64,000 nt of DNA, from contig JAGARQ010000027.1 of the NCBI GenBank assembly GCA_017622175.1, positions 6,416-70,415 of the forward strand. Reading direction: 5' to 3'. The stretch comes from Bacilli bacterium. GTDB taxonomy: Bacteria > Bacillota_I > Bacilli_A > RF39 > UBA660. Position numbers and translations under genes: made by a program. The notes under the pieces were generated by a model. That model saw nothing but the letters and a program-made list of their open reading frames with translations. It ran no database searches and was not told where the DNA came from. Below are positions 17,105-26,366 of this stretch, piece by piece; the stretch's first letter is position 1; each line of letters begins with the position of its first letter.

Positions 17105-18046
17105 GTAAATTTCGTAAAATTTCTCGATGTTGTCATAGTAATGAATTAATTCTTTGGTCATACCTAATATATGATTAAAATTGTTTTTAGATATTATATA
17201 ACTAAACCATTGAAGTTTACCATTAATGCAAGCATATAATACATCCCTATAGTGTTCTAATAGTGGTCCATAGTGTTTTATGTAGCTTTCTATAAATACT
17301 TTATATTTGTCAAAATTATATTCATTATTTGTAAGAGCAAAGTTTAAAGCTGCTTCTGCCATACAACAACTAGGATTAGATAATCCACTTGCATCAAAGT
17401 CAATTAATGTTGGAGTTAATCCATTCCATAATATATTTAAAGCTTTATAATCATTATGACTTATACATAGATTTTTCTTCATAGTTTTTATATCTTTATT
17501 GCTTCTATCTATTAGTTCATCTAATTTTTCTTTATTTTCTTTTAAGTAATTATAGAATTCTTGATGTTTTTTTCCCACTCTTAAGAGTTCTTTTGTATTA
17601 ATAGTTACTTTCTTATAAAAGCATGGAATATCTACTTTCATATCAAGTTTATGAATACTACTTAGCGTTTCTGCCAAAACTTTTAAATGGTCATTTGTAA
17701 AGTCTTCTTGATTTATTACTTTAGACTCTGAGTAATTATAAACTAAATAATAGTTTTTATTAATAAAGAAAAAACTTCTTTTATGTAACTTTTTTGGAAT
17801 TAAACAATTAATTTTATTTCTGTTTAGTTTTTCTGCTATTTGTATTTGTTTTTTTCTTTTATTTAAATAGTAATAATTACTAATTGCATCTTTAGTAAAT
17901 TCTTTTATAATAAATGTACCTTTAGTTGTTACGACTTTATAAACATTATTTTGATGTGATAGTTCTTTTTCAAAAGATTCTAGTTCCCCTAAGTTAAATA
18001 AGTTACATACTTTTATTAAGTTCTTTTGTATTTTAGTTAGTTTCAT
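17090..18046 (-). CDS. Aminoglycoside/choline-kinase-type phosphotransferase (APH family)
   Basis: The catalytic loop is ISHNDYKALNILW (HxDxxxxN), followed by LIDFDASG (DFD/DxD metal site). Confidence 0.65.
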   Translation of the reverse strand: MKLTKIQKNLIKVCNLFNLGELESFEKELSHQNNVYKVVTTKGTFIIKEFTKDAISNYYYLNKRKKQIQIAEKLNRNKINCLIPKKLHKRSFFFINKNYYLVYNYSESKVINQEDFTNDHLKVLAETLSSIHKLDMKVDIPCFYKKVTINTKELLRVGKKHQEFYNYLKENKEKLDELIDRSNKDIKTMKKNLCISHNDYKALNILWNGLTPTLIDFDASGLSNPSCCMAEAALNFALTNNEYNFDKYKVFIESYIKHYGPLLEHYRDVLYACINGKLQWFSYIISKNNFNHILGMTKELIHYYDNIEKFYEIYKSIV

Positions 18047-18123
18047 ATTATCACCACATTAATTATAACAATAAATTATTAAAATAAAAAGACAATATAC
18101 TTTTTCGTATATTGTCTTTTGTT

Positions 18124-18900
18124 TTAGGAACCTGCACTAGCATAACGCTTAGTACCCTTATAGAATATTAAAAAGCATGGTATTAAGTATACAAATACAA
18201 GTAATGGAGATAAAGCATATAATGGATTATTTGTTTTTCCTAAGAAATATAAAAGTGGATAGTAATTAACAAATGCATATGGAATTATAAAGGTGAAGAA
18301 ATAAACAAATCCCTTTTTAAATACTCCTATTGGATATTGTGCCATATGTTTTCCTCCAGCTGTGAATACATTTCTTACTTCTAATCCTTGAACTGTTATA
18401 AAGCAGTATGAGGCTGCTAGTAAGAATATTGAGAAGAAAACCGCTATAGCTGATAGAAGCATTAAAAGAAGTGTTATTACTTTCATAATTGACCACTCTA
18501 TTTTTAAATTAATTAAAGCTATTACTAAAACAATAAGTGCTTGTATTAATCTTGAAACTTTTGTGTAGTCTGCTTCGTATCCACATACTTGTAATAGTAT
18601 GTTTTTTGGTCTTAGGAGAATTCTATCAAATTCTCCCTTAATGATTAGTTCATCAAAATGATCTAATCCTCTGGCAAAGCTTTCATTGAAAGCAAAGCCA
18701 AATTGAATTACAGCAAAACATAATAGTACTTCATAAAGAGTAAATCCTTTAATATTATCAAATTTTGTAAATAAGGCTAATATTATGAAGTAGTATGAAA
18801 AGAAGACTATTATTTGAGATAAGAATGAAGTTATAAAAGATGCTTTATATTCTAATAAGGATTTTAAGTGAAGGCCTAAATGTTTCAAATAGACTTTCAT
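18124..18900 (-). CDS. ABC-2 family transporter permease
   Basis: A polytopic membrane protein of about six TM helices, adjacent to a paralogous permease and an ABC ATPase. Confidence 0.6.
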   Translation of the reverse strand: MKVYLKHLGLHLKSLLEYKASFITSFLSQIIVFFSYYFIILALFTKFDNIKGFTLYEVLLCFAVIQFGFAFNESFARGLDHFDELIIKGEFDRILLRPKNILLQVCGYEADYTKVSRLIQALIVLVIALINLKIEWSIMKVITLLLMLLSAIAVFFSIFLLAASYCFITVQGLEVRNVFTAGGKHMAQYPIGVFKKGFVYFFTFIIPYAFVNYYPLLYFLGKTNNPLYALSPLLVFVYLIPCFLIFYKGTKRYASAGS

Positions 18901-18903
18901 TTT

Positions 18904-19707
18904 TTATCCTCCTTGAACGACTACCTTCTTTAATGATTTTTGCATTAAGATGTATCCTAAAGTTATTAGGATAATTATCCAGATTATTTGAATAATTAAT
19001 CCAATTAATCCTTCTTGTAAACCTATATTTCCAACGTAGATTCTAAATGGTAAATCACTTACGTATTGGAATGGCATACATTTTGAAATTGTTTGTAGGA
19101 ACTTTGGAAAGAATGGAATTGGTACTACTAATCCTGAAAAGATATCAGAGATTGAAATTATAATTCCAACTACTCCTTTTTCATTTAATGTATGCATAGT
19201 GATAATTGGATATAAGGCAATTATCGATGTCATTAGTAGTGTTCCTGCTGTCATAGTTGATAAGAACAATAAGAAGTGTTCAAATGATGCTGGAAGAGAT
19301 ATTCTGTATGGTTCTGGTAAGAACATTAGGAAGATTATAAAAGGTATTGCTCTTAGAACAACTTTTGATAATCTTTCACCTATTATTTTGAAGTACCACA
19401 TGAAGTACATATTTTTTGGTCTTGCAAGTTCATAGGCAATGTTTCCTGTTTTTACTAGACTGAATAACTCTTGGTCTTTGTAAAAGAGATTTACTAAAGA
19501 TAGAAGTGCTTGATTTAACCAGATGTAAGTTATTAGTTGTGGTAGTTGCATTGGTAAAGACGCACTTCCTGATTCATAGAAAGCAATGTAAACCATAATG
19601 TAGACAAATCCAAAAAAGACTTGAGTAGCAATACCTGCCCAGGCTGCTGCTCGATATTGAAGATGTGTTATGAAGCGTAGTTTGAAATATGAAAGATAGG
19701 CTCTCAT
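18904..19707 (-). CDS. ABC-2 family transporter permease
   Basis: Polytopic membrane protein with a 4-nt overlap with the ATPase gene. Confidence 0.6.
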   Translation of the reverse strand: MRAYLSYFKLRFITHLQYRAAAWAGIATQVFFGFVYIMVYIAFYESGSASLPMQLPQLITYIWLNQALLSLVNLFYKDQELFSLVKTGNIAYELARPKNMYFMWYFKIIGERLSKVVLRAIPFIIFLMFLPEPYRISLPASFEHFLLFLSTMTAGTLLMTSIIALYPIITMHTLNEKGVVGIIISISDIFSGLVVPIPFFPKFLQTISKCMPFQYVSDLPFRIYVGNIGLQEGLIGLIIQIIWIIILITLGYILMQKSLKKVVVQGG

Positions 19708-20684
19708 ATTTTTAAGTCCTCATATAGATTAACAATCATGTTATCTAAATTTTCATTATCAATTTCTACATCTTCAATTTGGACTTTTTTAGAGATGACA
19801 TTTAAGAAATCTGAGATATTTAATTCTTTAGAATCAATTGTGAATAAATATCCATCTTTTGTCTTCTCTTTCTTTAAGACACCCTTTGTTCTTATGTTTA
19901 TGGCATCTTTTGTATTGACCGTGATGTATTTTTTGTTTGCGTAGTTGTTTTTTAGTTTTTGTAGAGAACCATCGTATAAGACTTGTCCTTTACCGATTAG
20001 AATGATTCTTTTTGCAAGTGCATCAATATCACTCATATCGTGGGTTGTAAGGATTATTGTTGTTTTTTTCTCTTTGTTGATTCGTTTTATGAAGTCTCTT
20101 ACAAGTTGTTTGGAGATTGCATCTAAACCAATTGTTGGTTCATCTAAGAACAGAATTTCTGGTTCATGTAGAAGTGATGCAGCAATTTCGCAGCGCATTC
20201 GTTGCCCTAGACTTAGTTGTCTAACAGGTACGTTAATGATGTCTTTAAGATTTAGTTTTTCAACTAATTCTTCTTTGGTTTTTTGATACCTTTCTTCAGG
20301 AATATCATAGATATCCTTTAGTAAATCAAAAGTATCTTCTGCAGGGATGTCCCACCATAACTGACTCCTTTGACCAAAGACTACGCCTATTTTTTTAACG
20401 TATTCTTTTCGATCAATCCAAGGTGTTTGCTTACCCACCTTACATTTACCAGAATCTGGAGTTAGAATACCACTTAGGATTTTAATCGTTGTAGATTTTC
20501 CTGCTCCATTTGGTCCAATGTAACCGACTATCTCTCCTTTTTCGATTGAAAACGAGATATCCTTGACGGCTTCGACTATTTTATAGTCTCTTTTGAAGAA
20601 GGATTTGAATGATTCTTTCAAACCACTTTTCTTCTTGGCTACCTTGAAGGATTTAGTTATGTGATTAACCTCGATGTACGACAT
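19704..20684 (-). CDS. ABC transporter ATP-binding protein
   Basis: Motifs are GPNGAGKSTT, LSLGQRMR and LFLDEPT. The start is reset to MSYIEVNHI (ATG 20682-20684, AAGGAGAG RBS). Confidence 0.85.
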   Translation of the reverse strand: MSYIEVNHITKSFKVAKKKSGLKESFKSFFKRDYKIVEAVKDISFSIEKGEIVGYIGPNGAGKSTTIKILSGILTPDSGKCKVGKQTPWIDRKEYVKKIGVVFGQRSQLWWDIPAEDTFDLLKDIYDIPEERYQKTKEELVEKLNLKDIINVPVRQLSLGQRMRCEIAASLLHEPEILFLDEPTIGLDAISKQLVRDFIKRINKEKKTTIILTTHDMSDIDALAKRIILIGKGQVLYDGSLQKLKNNYANKKYITVNTKDAINIRTKGVLKKEKTKDGYLFTIDSKELNISDFLNVISKKVQIEDVEIDNENLDNMIVNLYEDLKI

Positions 20685-20833
20685 TTTTCTCACTCTCCTT
20701 TCAACGCAAAAAAGCCACATATTCCTATGTAGTAGGGGTCATATGTAACTAAATTTGCAAAAACGTCAAAATCAACATATCATAAGTTATCATTTTTGGC
20801 AAGGGGTAATTTTAATTTTTTATAACAGGATGA

Positions 20834-20862
20834 TTGATATTCATATACTTCTATGATATAAT
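20834..20862 (+). promoter_or_regulatory. Promoter of a plus-strand small RNA
   Basis: TTGATA, a 17-nt spacer, then TGATATAAT (extended -10). Confidence 0.5.
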
Positions 20863-20869
20863 GTATTCG

Positions 20870-20975
20870 TCAAGGAAACTTGAATATAATAAAAAGGAAG
20901 ACTCAATTTTTGCGAGTTGAGTACTTACCTATTCGGTTGTGCACTTAATCTACGACAGATTGAGTGCTTTTCTTA
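20870..20975 (+). ncRNA. Candidate ~105-nt antisense sRNA (putative type I antitoxin)
   Basis: It is bounded by the promoter above and an 11-bp terminator hairpin (GCACTTAATCT/AGATTGAGTGC, 20941-20967) followed by TTTTCTT. There is no credible ORF. It is fully complementary to the predicted 3' UTR of the convergent small ORF. Confidence 0.35.
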
Positions 20976-20981
20976 TGCTTA

Positions 20982-21059
20982 TTATTGTATAAATAGCAAG
21001 GCAATAAGTGAGAATATAATAAGAATAAGAGATGTTATTAACAAATCTTTCTTTTTCAT
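20982..21059 (-). CDS. 25-aa hydrophobic peptide, candidate type I toxin
   Basis: Not in the track. GGAGG RBS, then ATG; the product is MKKKDLLITSLILIIFSLIALLFIQ. It has its own promoter, and a CTTTC-GTTA-GAAAG hairpin overlaps the RBS. Confidence 0.4.
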   Translation of the reverse strand: MKKKDLLITSLILIIFSLIALLFIQ

Positions 21060-21120
21060 ATTATCGCCTCCTTTCTAACGAAAGTTGGCAAGCACTCAAC
21101 AATTAAATCTTCCTAATATC

Positions 21121-21149
21121 AATGTATATCAGTATTTTACTTTTGTCAA
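21121..21149 (-). promoter_or_regulatory. Promoter for the small hydrophobic-peptide gene
   Basis: The minus strand reads TTGACA, a 17-nt spacer, then TACATT, directly after the upstream terminator. Confidence 0.45.
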
Positions 21150-21154
21150 TCGAA

Positions 21155-21180
21155 CAAAAAAAGGAAAGAATCTCTTTCCT
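21155..21180 (-). terminator. Terminator of the flavin reductase-rubredoxin gene
   Basis: GGAAAGA-GAT-TCTTTCC followed by T7 on the minus strand. Confidence 0.65.
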
Positions 21181-21182
21181 TT

Positions 21183-21827
21183 TTATATTTTTTCAAATAG
21201 TTCTTTTCCTACTCCGCATCTTGGACATACCCAATCATCAGGAAGTTCTTCGAATGGAATTTCTTCCTTTTCATTGTCATATATATAACCACAGATTGTA
21301 CAACGATATGCATCTTTTTTCTTTTCTTCTATGAATGTTGGAGCATTCTTTGGAGAAGTCCCTTTTCTATTTTCGTGGTAGTATTTATATGTCATTGGGA
21401 TCTTGTCTGAAACTTTATTAGTTACTTCTACTCGGCCAATGAAAAGGTCATGTGTTTCACAGTCTATTATATTTACTACGTTACATATTAGATATGAAGA
21501 TATATCCTCTAATACTACTGGAAGATTGTTTTTTTCTTCATATTTAACTTTTTCAAATTTATTAATTTCTTTTGATGAGAAATATCCAAATGTTTTAATT
21601 ACTTCTTGATTTGTTTCTTCACTTAAAACGGATACAGCAAATCTTTTGGATTTAACTATTTCATCATGAGTGGCATTGTTTTTATTTAAACTTATTGCGA
21701 TTAGTGGATTTTGTGATGTTATTTGGATAAGTGTGTTTATTATACAGCCACTTGAAAAATCTTCGTTTTTTGTTGTTACTAAGTACATACCATAAGATAT
21801 ATCTCTAAATACATTGTTATCTATCAT
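21183..21827 (-). CDS. Flavin reductase-like domain fused to a rubredoxin
   Basis: The N-terminus has a split-barrel flavin reductase pattern. The C-terminus reads [11 protein letters not shown]...[15 protein letters not shown] (two CxxC pairs, rubredoxin). Confidence 0.75.
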   Translation of the reverse strand: MIDNNVFRDISYGMYLVTTKNEDFSSGCIINTLIQITSQNPLIAISLNKNNATHDEIVKSKRFAVSVLSEETNQEVIKTFGYFSSKEINKFEKVKYEEKNNLPVVLEDISSYLICNVVNIIDCETHDLFIGRVEVTNKVSDKIPMTYKYYHENRKGTSPKNAPTFIEEKKKDAYRCTICGYIYDNEKEEIPFEELPDDWVCPRCGVGKELFEKI

Positions 21828-21875
21828 AATTATTTTCCTTTCTAATTTAATTTTATAATAAATTTTTGTTTTAGT

Positions 21876-21903
21876 AAATTAAAAAGAGTATCTTGTGATA
21901 CTC
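21876..21903 (-). terminator. Terminator of the 1364-aa gene
   Basis: GAGTATC-ACAA-GATACTC followed by TTTTTAATTT on the minus strand. Confidence 0.6.
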
Positions 21904-21909
21904 CTTTTA

Positions 21910-24900
21910 TTATCTATTCGATGTATTTCCTTTTGATCCTGCTTCTGCAGTTCTTTGTCCTTGGTATTCATCAACCATATCAGTTACTGAGTTTCCATAT
22001 GTATGTTTTCTTGCACCCATTGAGTTATTAATATTTGATGCAAGCGCTGCAGTAGCTGCTCCATTAATGATTACTGTTCTAATATTAGCAGGTAATGTTG
22101 TTAATGGAATTAGTTGTTGTAAATTCATTGATGCAAGTACATCTCCAGCATTTGTTACATCTACCATAGCTTGATTCATTGCTTGTACTGCTGATGGGTT
22201 AGCTTGTAAGTATTCCATAGCTCCTTGTACTCCAGTTAAATTGAATTGTGGATGTGTTGCAGCATAAGGTCTCAAGATATTTAAACACTCTGTATTAATT
22301 GCACCAAATGTTTGATGAGTTCTAGCACCTAAGTCAGCCATTTGTTGCATTGCTTGAGCTTGTGAAATTTGTCCTGATGCATATTGTTGAGCAATATTTT
22401 CATATGCTTGTTTTGTACTGTCATAGAATGTTGTGTAATATGAATGTCCTGCATTATCTGCTGTTCTATATGCTCTTGTACCTAGACCCCAATCAGTCTT
22501 ATCAAGTACAGCACGTTCAATTTCATTTGCAGAAGTTAATGTATCTTGCATTCCTTGAGATTCCATTCCTTCCATCATTGTTCCACGTTTACCAGCAATA
22601 TCTGCACCCATTTGGTTAACTTGTTGCATTGTTTGATTATTTTGAGCCATTCTTCTATTATTTTCTGCAATGATTGCAGCTTGATCTCTTGCTGCTTTAA
22701 TCGATTGAATTGTTGAGATTGTTGCTGATGTAACAGCAATTGTTGTAAATAAATCTCTGATGAATGGATCATCACGATAATCTAATTGTTCAACTAATGG
22801 TGAATAGTATTTTTCTCCTGTTGAACGTCTACCAAAGATACTTCCTTGGATTTTTGTATTTTTACTTAATAGTAATTCATTTTCAACGAATACTCTTAAT
22901 GCCATTTCATCATCGCCATCTGCGATTGCTTGCATTTCAGCTCTTTCAAGTGCAGCTTGACGTTCTAATAATTCTGGATTTAAATCATGATCTTTAGCAA
23001 ATCTCTTACCAACTAATGATAATTTTGTTGCTGCTGCTTTCATGTCTTCACTGAATCCATGTAATCCACCAGACATCCAATTGTTTGCTTCAATATATCT
23101 TGATCTTATTGTAGCAATATTTGCTGCTTGTCCGCTTAATACATCTCTTTTTGCTGCTTGAAGTTCTCTTCTTCTTGCATCAGATAATCCTTCTTGAGCA
23201 AGTTCTGCATTGATTGCATCTAATTGATGCATTGCTGAGAATGCTGATTGATATCTTACTTCTAGTTCTCCATTAATTTCTGTAACTTTGCCTAGAGCAA
23301 ATTTTTGCATTCTTTCTTCTAGTAATGTATTTAGAATTGTTGGGAAACGTTCTTGTAGAACTTTATTTCCACGATATTCTTTATAAATTGTCATTAAGTC
23401 TTCTTCACTTAACTTGTCTAGTCTCTTCTTTAGTTCAGCTATATTACGTTTTGATTCTGCACGTAGCATAATCTTTCCTGCTGCTTTTCTAATTAAATTA
23501 AATGGTAATTTAACAATTGCAGGAACTAAGTGAACTATATTGTATAGGAAGTTTCCAGAACATAATTCATCCTTGAATCCTTTAAACACTTTAATATTTG
23601 AAGCTTTATATCTCTTACCATCTTTTGCTTTTAATCCAAGATCTTTTGTTAACTCTTCCATGATTGTCATCAGTCCTCTTTGTTGCTCTTTTGATGGACT
23701 TGGAGTTACTTTTGTTGGACTTGGTGTAACTTTAGTTGGACTTGGTGTAACTTTAGTTGGTGATGGTGTTACTTTTGTTGGTTCTGGAGTTTCTTGTGTT
23801 GGTGTTGGTTCTACTCTTGTTGGTGTAATTACTGGTGGACCATATAAAACTTGAATTGTCGTTGCTGTTGCAGTTTGTGTTACTTCTGTCTTTGTAGCCG
23901 TTGGAGATGGAGTTGGGTCTGTTTTACTTGGTGATGGTGTTACTCCAGTTGGATCAGGTTTTGTTCTTGTTGGTGTTGGAACTATTCCTTGTTCTCTATC
24001 TCTTTCTCTAAGAAGTCTTTCAAATGTTGCTTTATCAATTTGTCCTTCTTTTTTAGCAGATGCATCAGTAAAGGCTGGTCTACCATCATCTTTTCCACCC
24101 GCAACTCTTAATGTTGTTATATCTCCTGCTACAGATTGGTCATCAGCAATATATTCACCATTAATTAGTTTCATACGACGTTCTGTGCCTACTGCATCGT
24201 ATTTACCGTCTTCTGTTGCTTCTATATATTCTTTTTGTTTGTCTCTTAATTTATCCATTTGGGCATCGTATGCACCTTGAGCTGTTTCTACTGCTCTTTC
24301 TAAAGCAGCGATTTCTTCTGGACTTCTATTTGCTTCTTTAGCTTCTGCAAGATTTCTCTTTGCTGTTTCTAAAGCCTCTTGTCTTTCGCCAAGTGTTTTG
24401 GAAATTCTTTCCATTGCTGCATTTATTTGTCCTTTGGTTTTAACTTTTACTTTTCCTCTTTCTTCTTGATGTTCAACTCCTGTTGTTGTTTCTGCACCAA
24501 TCATGTCTTCTGGTGCTTTTCCTGGTGTTTTACCATCTTGTTCATTTCCGTTATGAGGAACAATTTTTATTTTTATTTTAATTCCTTGTGTTCTCTTAAC
24601 AGTATCAATGTCTTCTTGTGGCATTGAAATTGTTCTTGCTGGTCCTTGTTGCATTGGAACATTTGAACCAACAATTAGATTTACATTATCAATTATATTA
24701 ATATTAACTGCACCATTTTGATTAACATTAAGAATACCACTTTGAACTAAATCTTCTTGAGTAATATTACCTGTATTAATTCCAGCTTCTCTTAATTGTT
24801 GTAGAATTCCTTCAACTATTTCTGAAGTTACTCTATCAGCTTGTTCTCTACCTTGTTTTGTTCTACGAGATACCTCGCCTAATCCTTTTTGGGCATATAC

Positions 24901-26004
24901 TGCATCTAAAACTTCTTTCTTAGAAACAGCATCTTTTATTTGTTCTAGAACTTCAACATCTATTTCATATCCTCTTGCTTGTTCCTCAAGAGTTGCATGT
25001 TCTTCTAATCTTCTTTCAATTCTTGAAACTTGACGTTTAGCTCTTTCTACTCTTGCTCTTGCTGCTTCAAATCTTTCATTTTCTTCAATCTTTTGACGCA
25101 TATATTCGCTTAAGAAATCATCTAATTCTGCTTCAGTTCTAAATGGTCCTTCATTTTCCATTCTAGTTCTTTCTTCAGCAAAAATACTTTGGAATCTTCC
25201 AATTGATTCTTGTAAAGCACGTTCTGCTTCTGCAAGTTCGTCAGAGGCGCTATCTAAATCAGATTGTAATTTTATTCTTCTTTGGTCATATAATCCTGGA
25301 ACTTCGATTTCTACTTCGATTTCTGTTTCCGTATCTTCGCCCTCAGCAGTTGCTCCTGTTCCTTGTGGGTTTCCAACTACCGCTTCATTTTCCACTTTTA
25401 TATTTTCTTGATTTTCTGCAGGTTCACCAGTTCCTCCTTCTTCAGAGTCACCAGTTTCATTTCTTCTTTCGACACCTTCTGTTATTTCAGCATTTTCTTC
25501 TGCTACTACAACTTCAGGTTCTTCTATAGCATCTTTGTTTTCTGCTTCGTTTAATGCTAGGAATGATTGTCTTAATTCTTCTCTTAATTCATCTGTTAAG
25601 TTAGCCATATTAGTTCTAACAGTTTCTTCAATAGCTTCAATTCTTGTTTGATGTTCTAATTCTTTTGCTTCTAATTCTTCTAAGATTTCTCTTCTTATCA
25701 TAGGATCTCTTTCAGAAGCAAGTAATGCTCTTAGTTTATCTAAATCTTCGTTTTCTCTTGATGCTCTTAACTCACTGATTGCATCACGAGCAGTATGGAA
25801 ACTATCTAATAAAGCTCTATTTTCTTCTAATCTTTTTTGTTCTTGGTCTATGTGATATAGGATTTGAGCATGTTGTCTTTGAAAACTTTCACGAGGAGTA
25901 TCTTTTTCTACTGATCTTAACCCTCTTAATTCATCTTTTAAATGAGCTAATTCTTTTTCATTTGCTTTAATTGCAGCTTCTACTTGTTCATAATAACTTG
26001 CCAT
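21910..26004 (-). CDS. 1364-aa coiled-coil and Pro/Thr-repeat protein of unknown function, no signal peptide
   Basis: A long uninterrupted ORF. The N-terminal ~800 aa are E/R/A/Q-rich coiled coil. The PT linker contains TKVTPSP tandem repeats. The C-terminal ~500 aa are A/Q/N/M-rich with one or two weakly hydrophobic segments. Confidence 0.6.
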   Translation of the reverse strand: MASYYEQVEAAIKANEKELAHLKDELRGLRSVEKDTPRESFQRQHAQILYHIDQEQKRLEENRALLDSFHTARDAISELRASRENEDLDKLRALLASERDPMIRREILEELEAKELEHQTRIEAIEETVRTNMANLTDELREELRQSFLALNEAENKDAIEEPEVVVAEENAEITEGVERRNETGDSEEGGTGEPAENQENIKVENEAVVGNPQGTGATAEGEDTETEIEVEIEVPGLYDQRRIKLQSDLDSASDELAEAERALQESIGRFQSIFAEERTRMENEGPFRTEAELDDFLSEYMRQKIEENERFEAARARVERAKRQVSRIERRLEEHATLEEQARGYEIDVEVLEQIKDAVSKKEVLDAVYAQKGLGEVSRRTKQGREQADRVTSEIVEGILQQLREAGINTGNITQEDLVQSGILNVNQNGAVNINIIDNVNLIVGSNVPMQQGPARTISMPQEDIDTVKRTQGIKIKIKIVPHNGNEQDGKTPGKAPEDMIGAETTTGVEHQEERGKVKVKTKGQINAAMERISKTLGERQEALETAKRNLAEAKEANRSPEEIAALERAVETAQGAYDAQMDKLRDKQKEYIEATEDGKYDAVGTERRMKLINGEYIADDQSVAGDITTLRVAGGKDDGRPAFTDASAKKEGQIDKATFERLLRERDREQGIVPTPTRTKPDPTGVTPSPSKTDPTPSPTATKTEVTQTATATTIQVLYGPPVITPTRVEPTPTQETPEPTKVTPSPTKVTPSPTKVTPSPTKVTPSPSKEQQRGLMTIMEELTKDLGLKAKDGKRYKASNIKVFKGFKDELCSGNFLYNIVHLVPAIVKLPFNLIRKAAGKIMLRAESKRNIAELKKRLDKLSEEDLMTIYKEYRGNKVLQERFPTILNTLLEERMQKFALGKVTEINGELEVRYQSAFSAMHQLDAINAELAQEGLSDARRRELQAAKRDVLSGQAANIATIRSRYIEANNWMSGGLHGFSEDMKAAATKLSLVGKRFAKDHDLNPELLERQAALERAEMQAIADGDDEMALRVFVENELLLSKNTKIQGSIFGRRSTGEKYYSPLVEQLDYRDDPFIRDLFTTIAVTSATISTIQSIKAARDQAAIIAENNRRMAQNNQTMQQVNQMGADIAGKRGTMMEGMESQGMQDTLTSANEIERAVLDKTDWGLGTRAYRTADNAGHSYYTTFYDSTKQAYENIAQQYASGQISQAQAMQQMADLGARTHQTFGAINTECLNILRPYAATHPQFNLTGVQGAMEYLQANPSAVQAMNQAMVDVTNAGDVLASMNLQQLIPLTTLPANIRTVIINGAATAALASNINNSMGARKHTYGNSVTDMVDEYQGQRTAEAGSKGNTSNR
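23696..23800 (-). repeat. About five tandem 21-nt coding repeats (TKVTPSP heptads)
   Basis: ggacttggtgtaactttagtt occurs twice exactly (23717-23758), flanked by diverged copies. The repeats are in frame within the 1364-aa ORF. Confidence 0.85.
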
Positions 26005-26022
26005 ATACTCTCACCTCTACTT

Positions 26023-26289
26023 CTAACCTTCTCTACTTTGTCTATCTATTTCAGCTAATACATCTTTAACCATTGCTAGTTCATTTTCGTCTGTAATATC
26101 TTCTAATTGACCATATCCAAGAATTGGATCGAATGCTGAAACATATATATTTTTTCTACCGTTAGCAGCTATACTGTGATCAGTATATCCAATATAGGCT
26201 TTTCCAGTATCTTCTGAATCAAATGTAAATAAAACATCACATTCAATATCTTTACCATTTTTATTAATTACAATTTTTTCTTCTTCCAT
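26023..26289 (-). CDS. DUF1292-family small protein
   Basis: 88 aa with ...GKDIECDVLFTFDSEDTGKAYIGYTD..., matching the DUF1292 pattern as I remember it. Confidence 0.5.
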   Translation of the reverse strand: MEEEKIVINKNGKDIECDVLFTFDSEDTGKAYIGYTDHSIAANGRKNIYVSAFDPILGYGQLEDITDENELAMVKDVLAEIDRQSREG

Positions 26290-26366
26290 ATACTCTCACT
26301 CCTATTTTCTACCATATAGTTAAATATTATCATTTAAAGAAAAAAAAGTCAATTTATTTGACCTTT

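Noticed and set aside
20685-20760. An attenuator hairpin in the 5' UTR of the ABC ATPase gene (TACATA-GGAA-TATGTG followed by GCTTTTTT).
   Set aside because: The stem is only 5-6 weak base pairs. This is not enough to call a regulatory terminator.
21085-21334. Plus-strand 67-aa and 70-aa track ORFs overlapping the 3' end of the flavin reductase-rubredoxin gene.
   Set aside because: They are antisense to a confident gene and to its terminator and promoter region. There are no start signals.
23696-23800. Tandem 21-nt repeats, considered as a CRISPR or other non-coding repeat array.
   Set aside because: The units are contiguous with no spacers. They are in frame and translate to the TKVTPSP heptad linker of the 1364-aa protein.
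26341-26364. A terminator after the 166-aa gene (GTCAA-ATAAA-TTGAC plus T8).
   Set aside because: The stem is only 5 AT-rich base pairs. It may work with the long T-run, but it is too weak to list as a feature.
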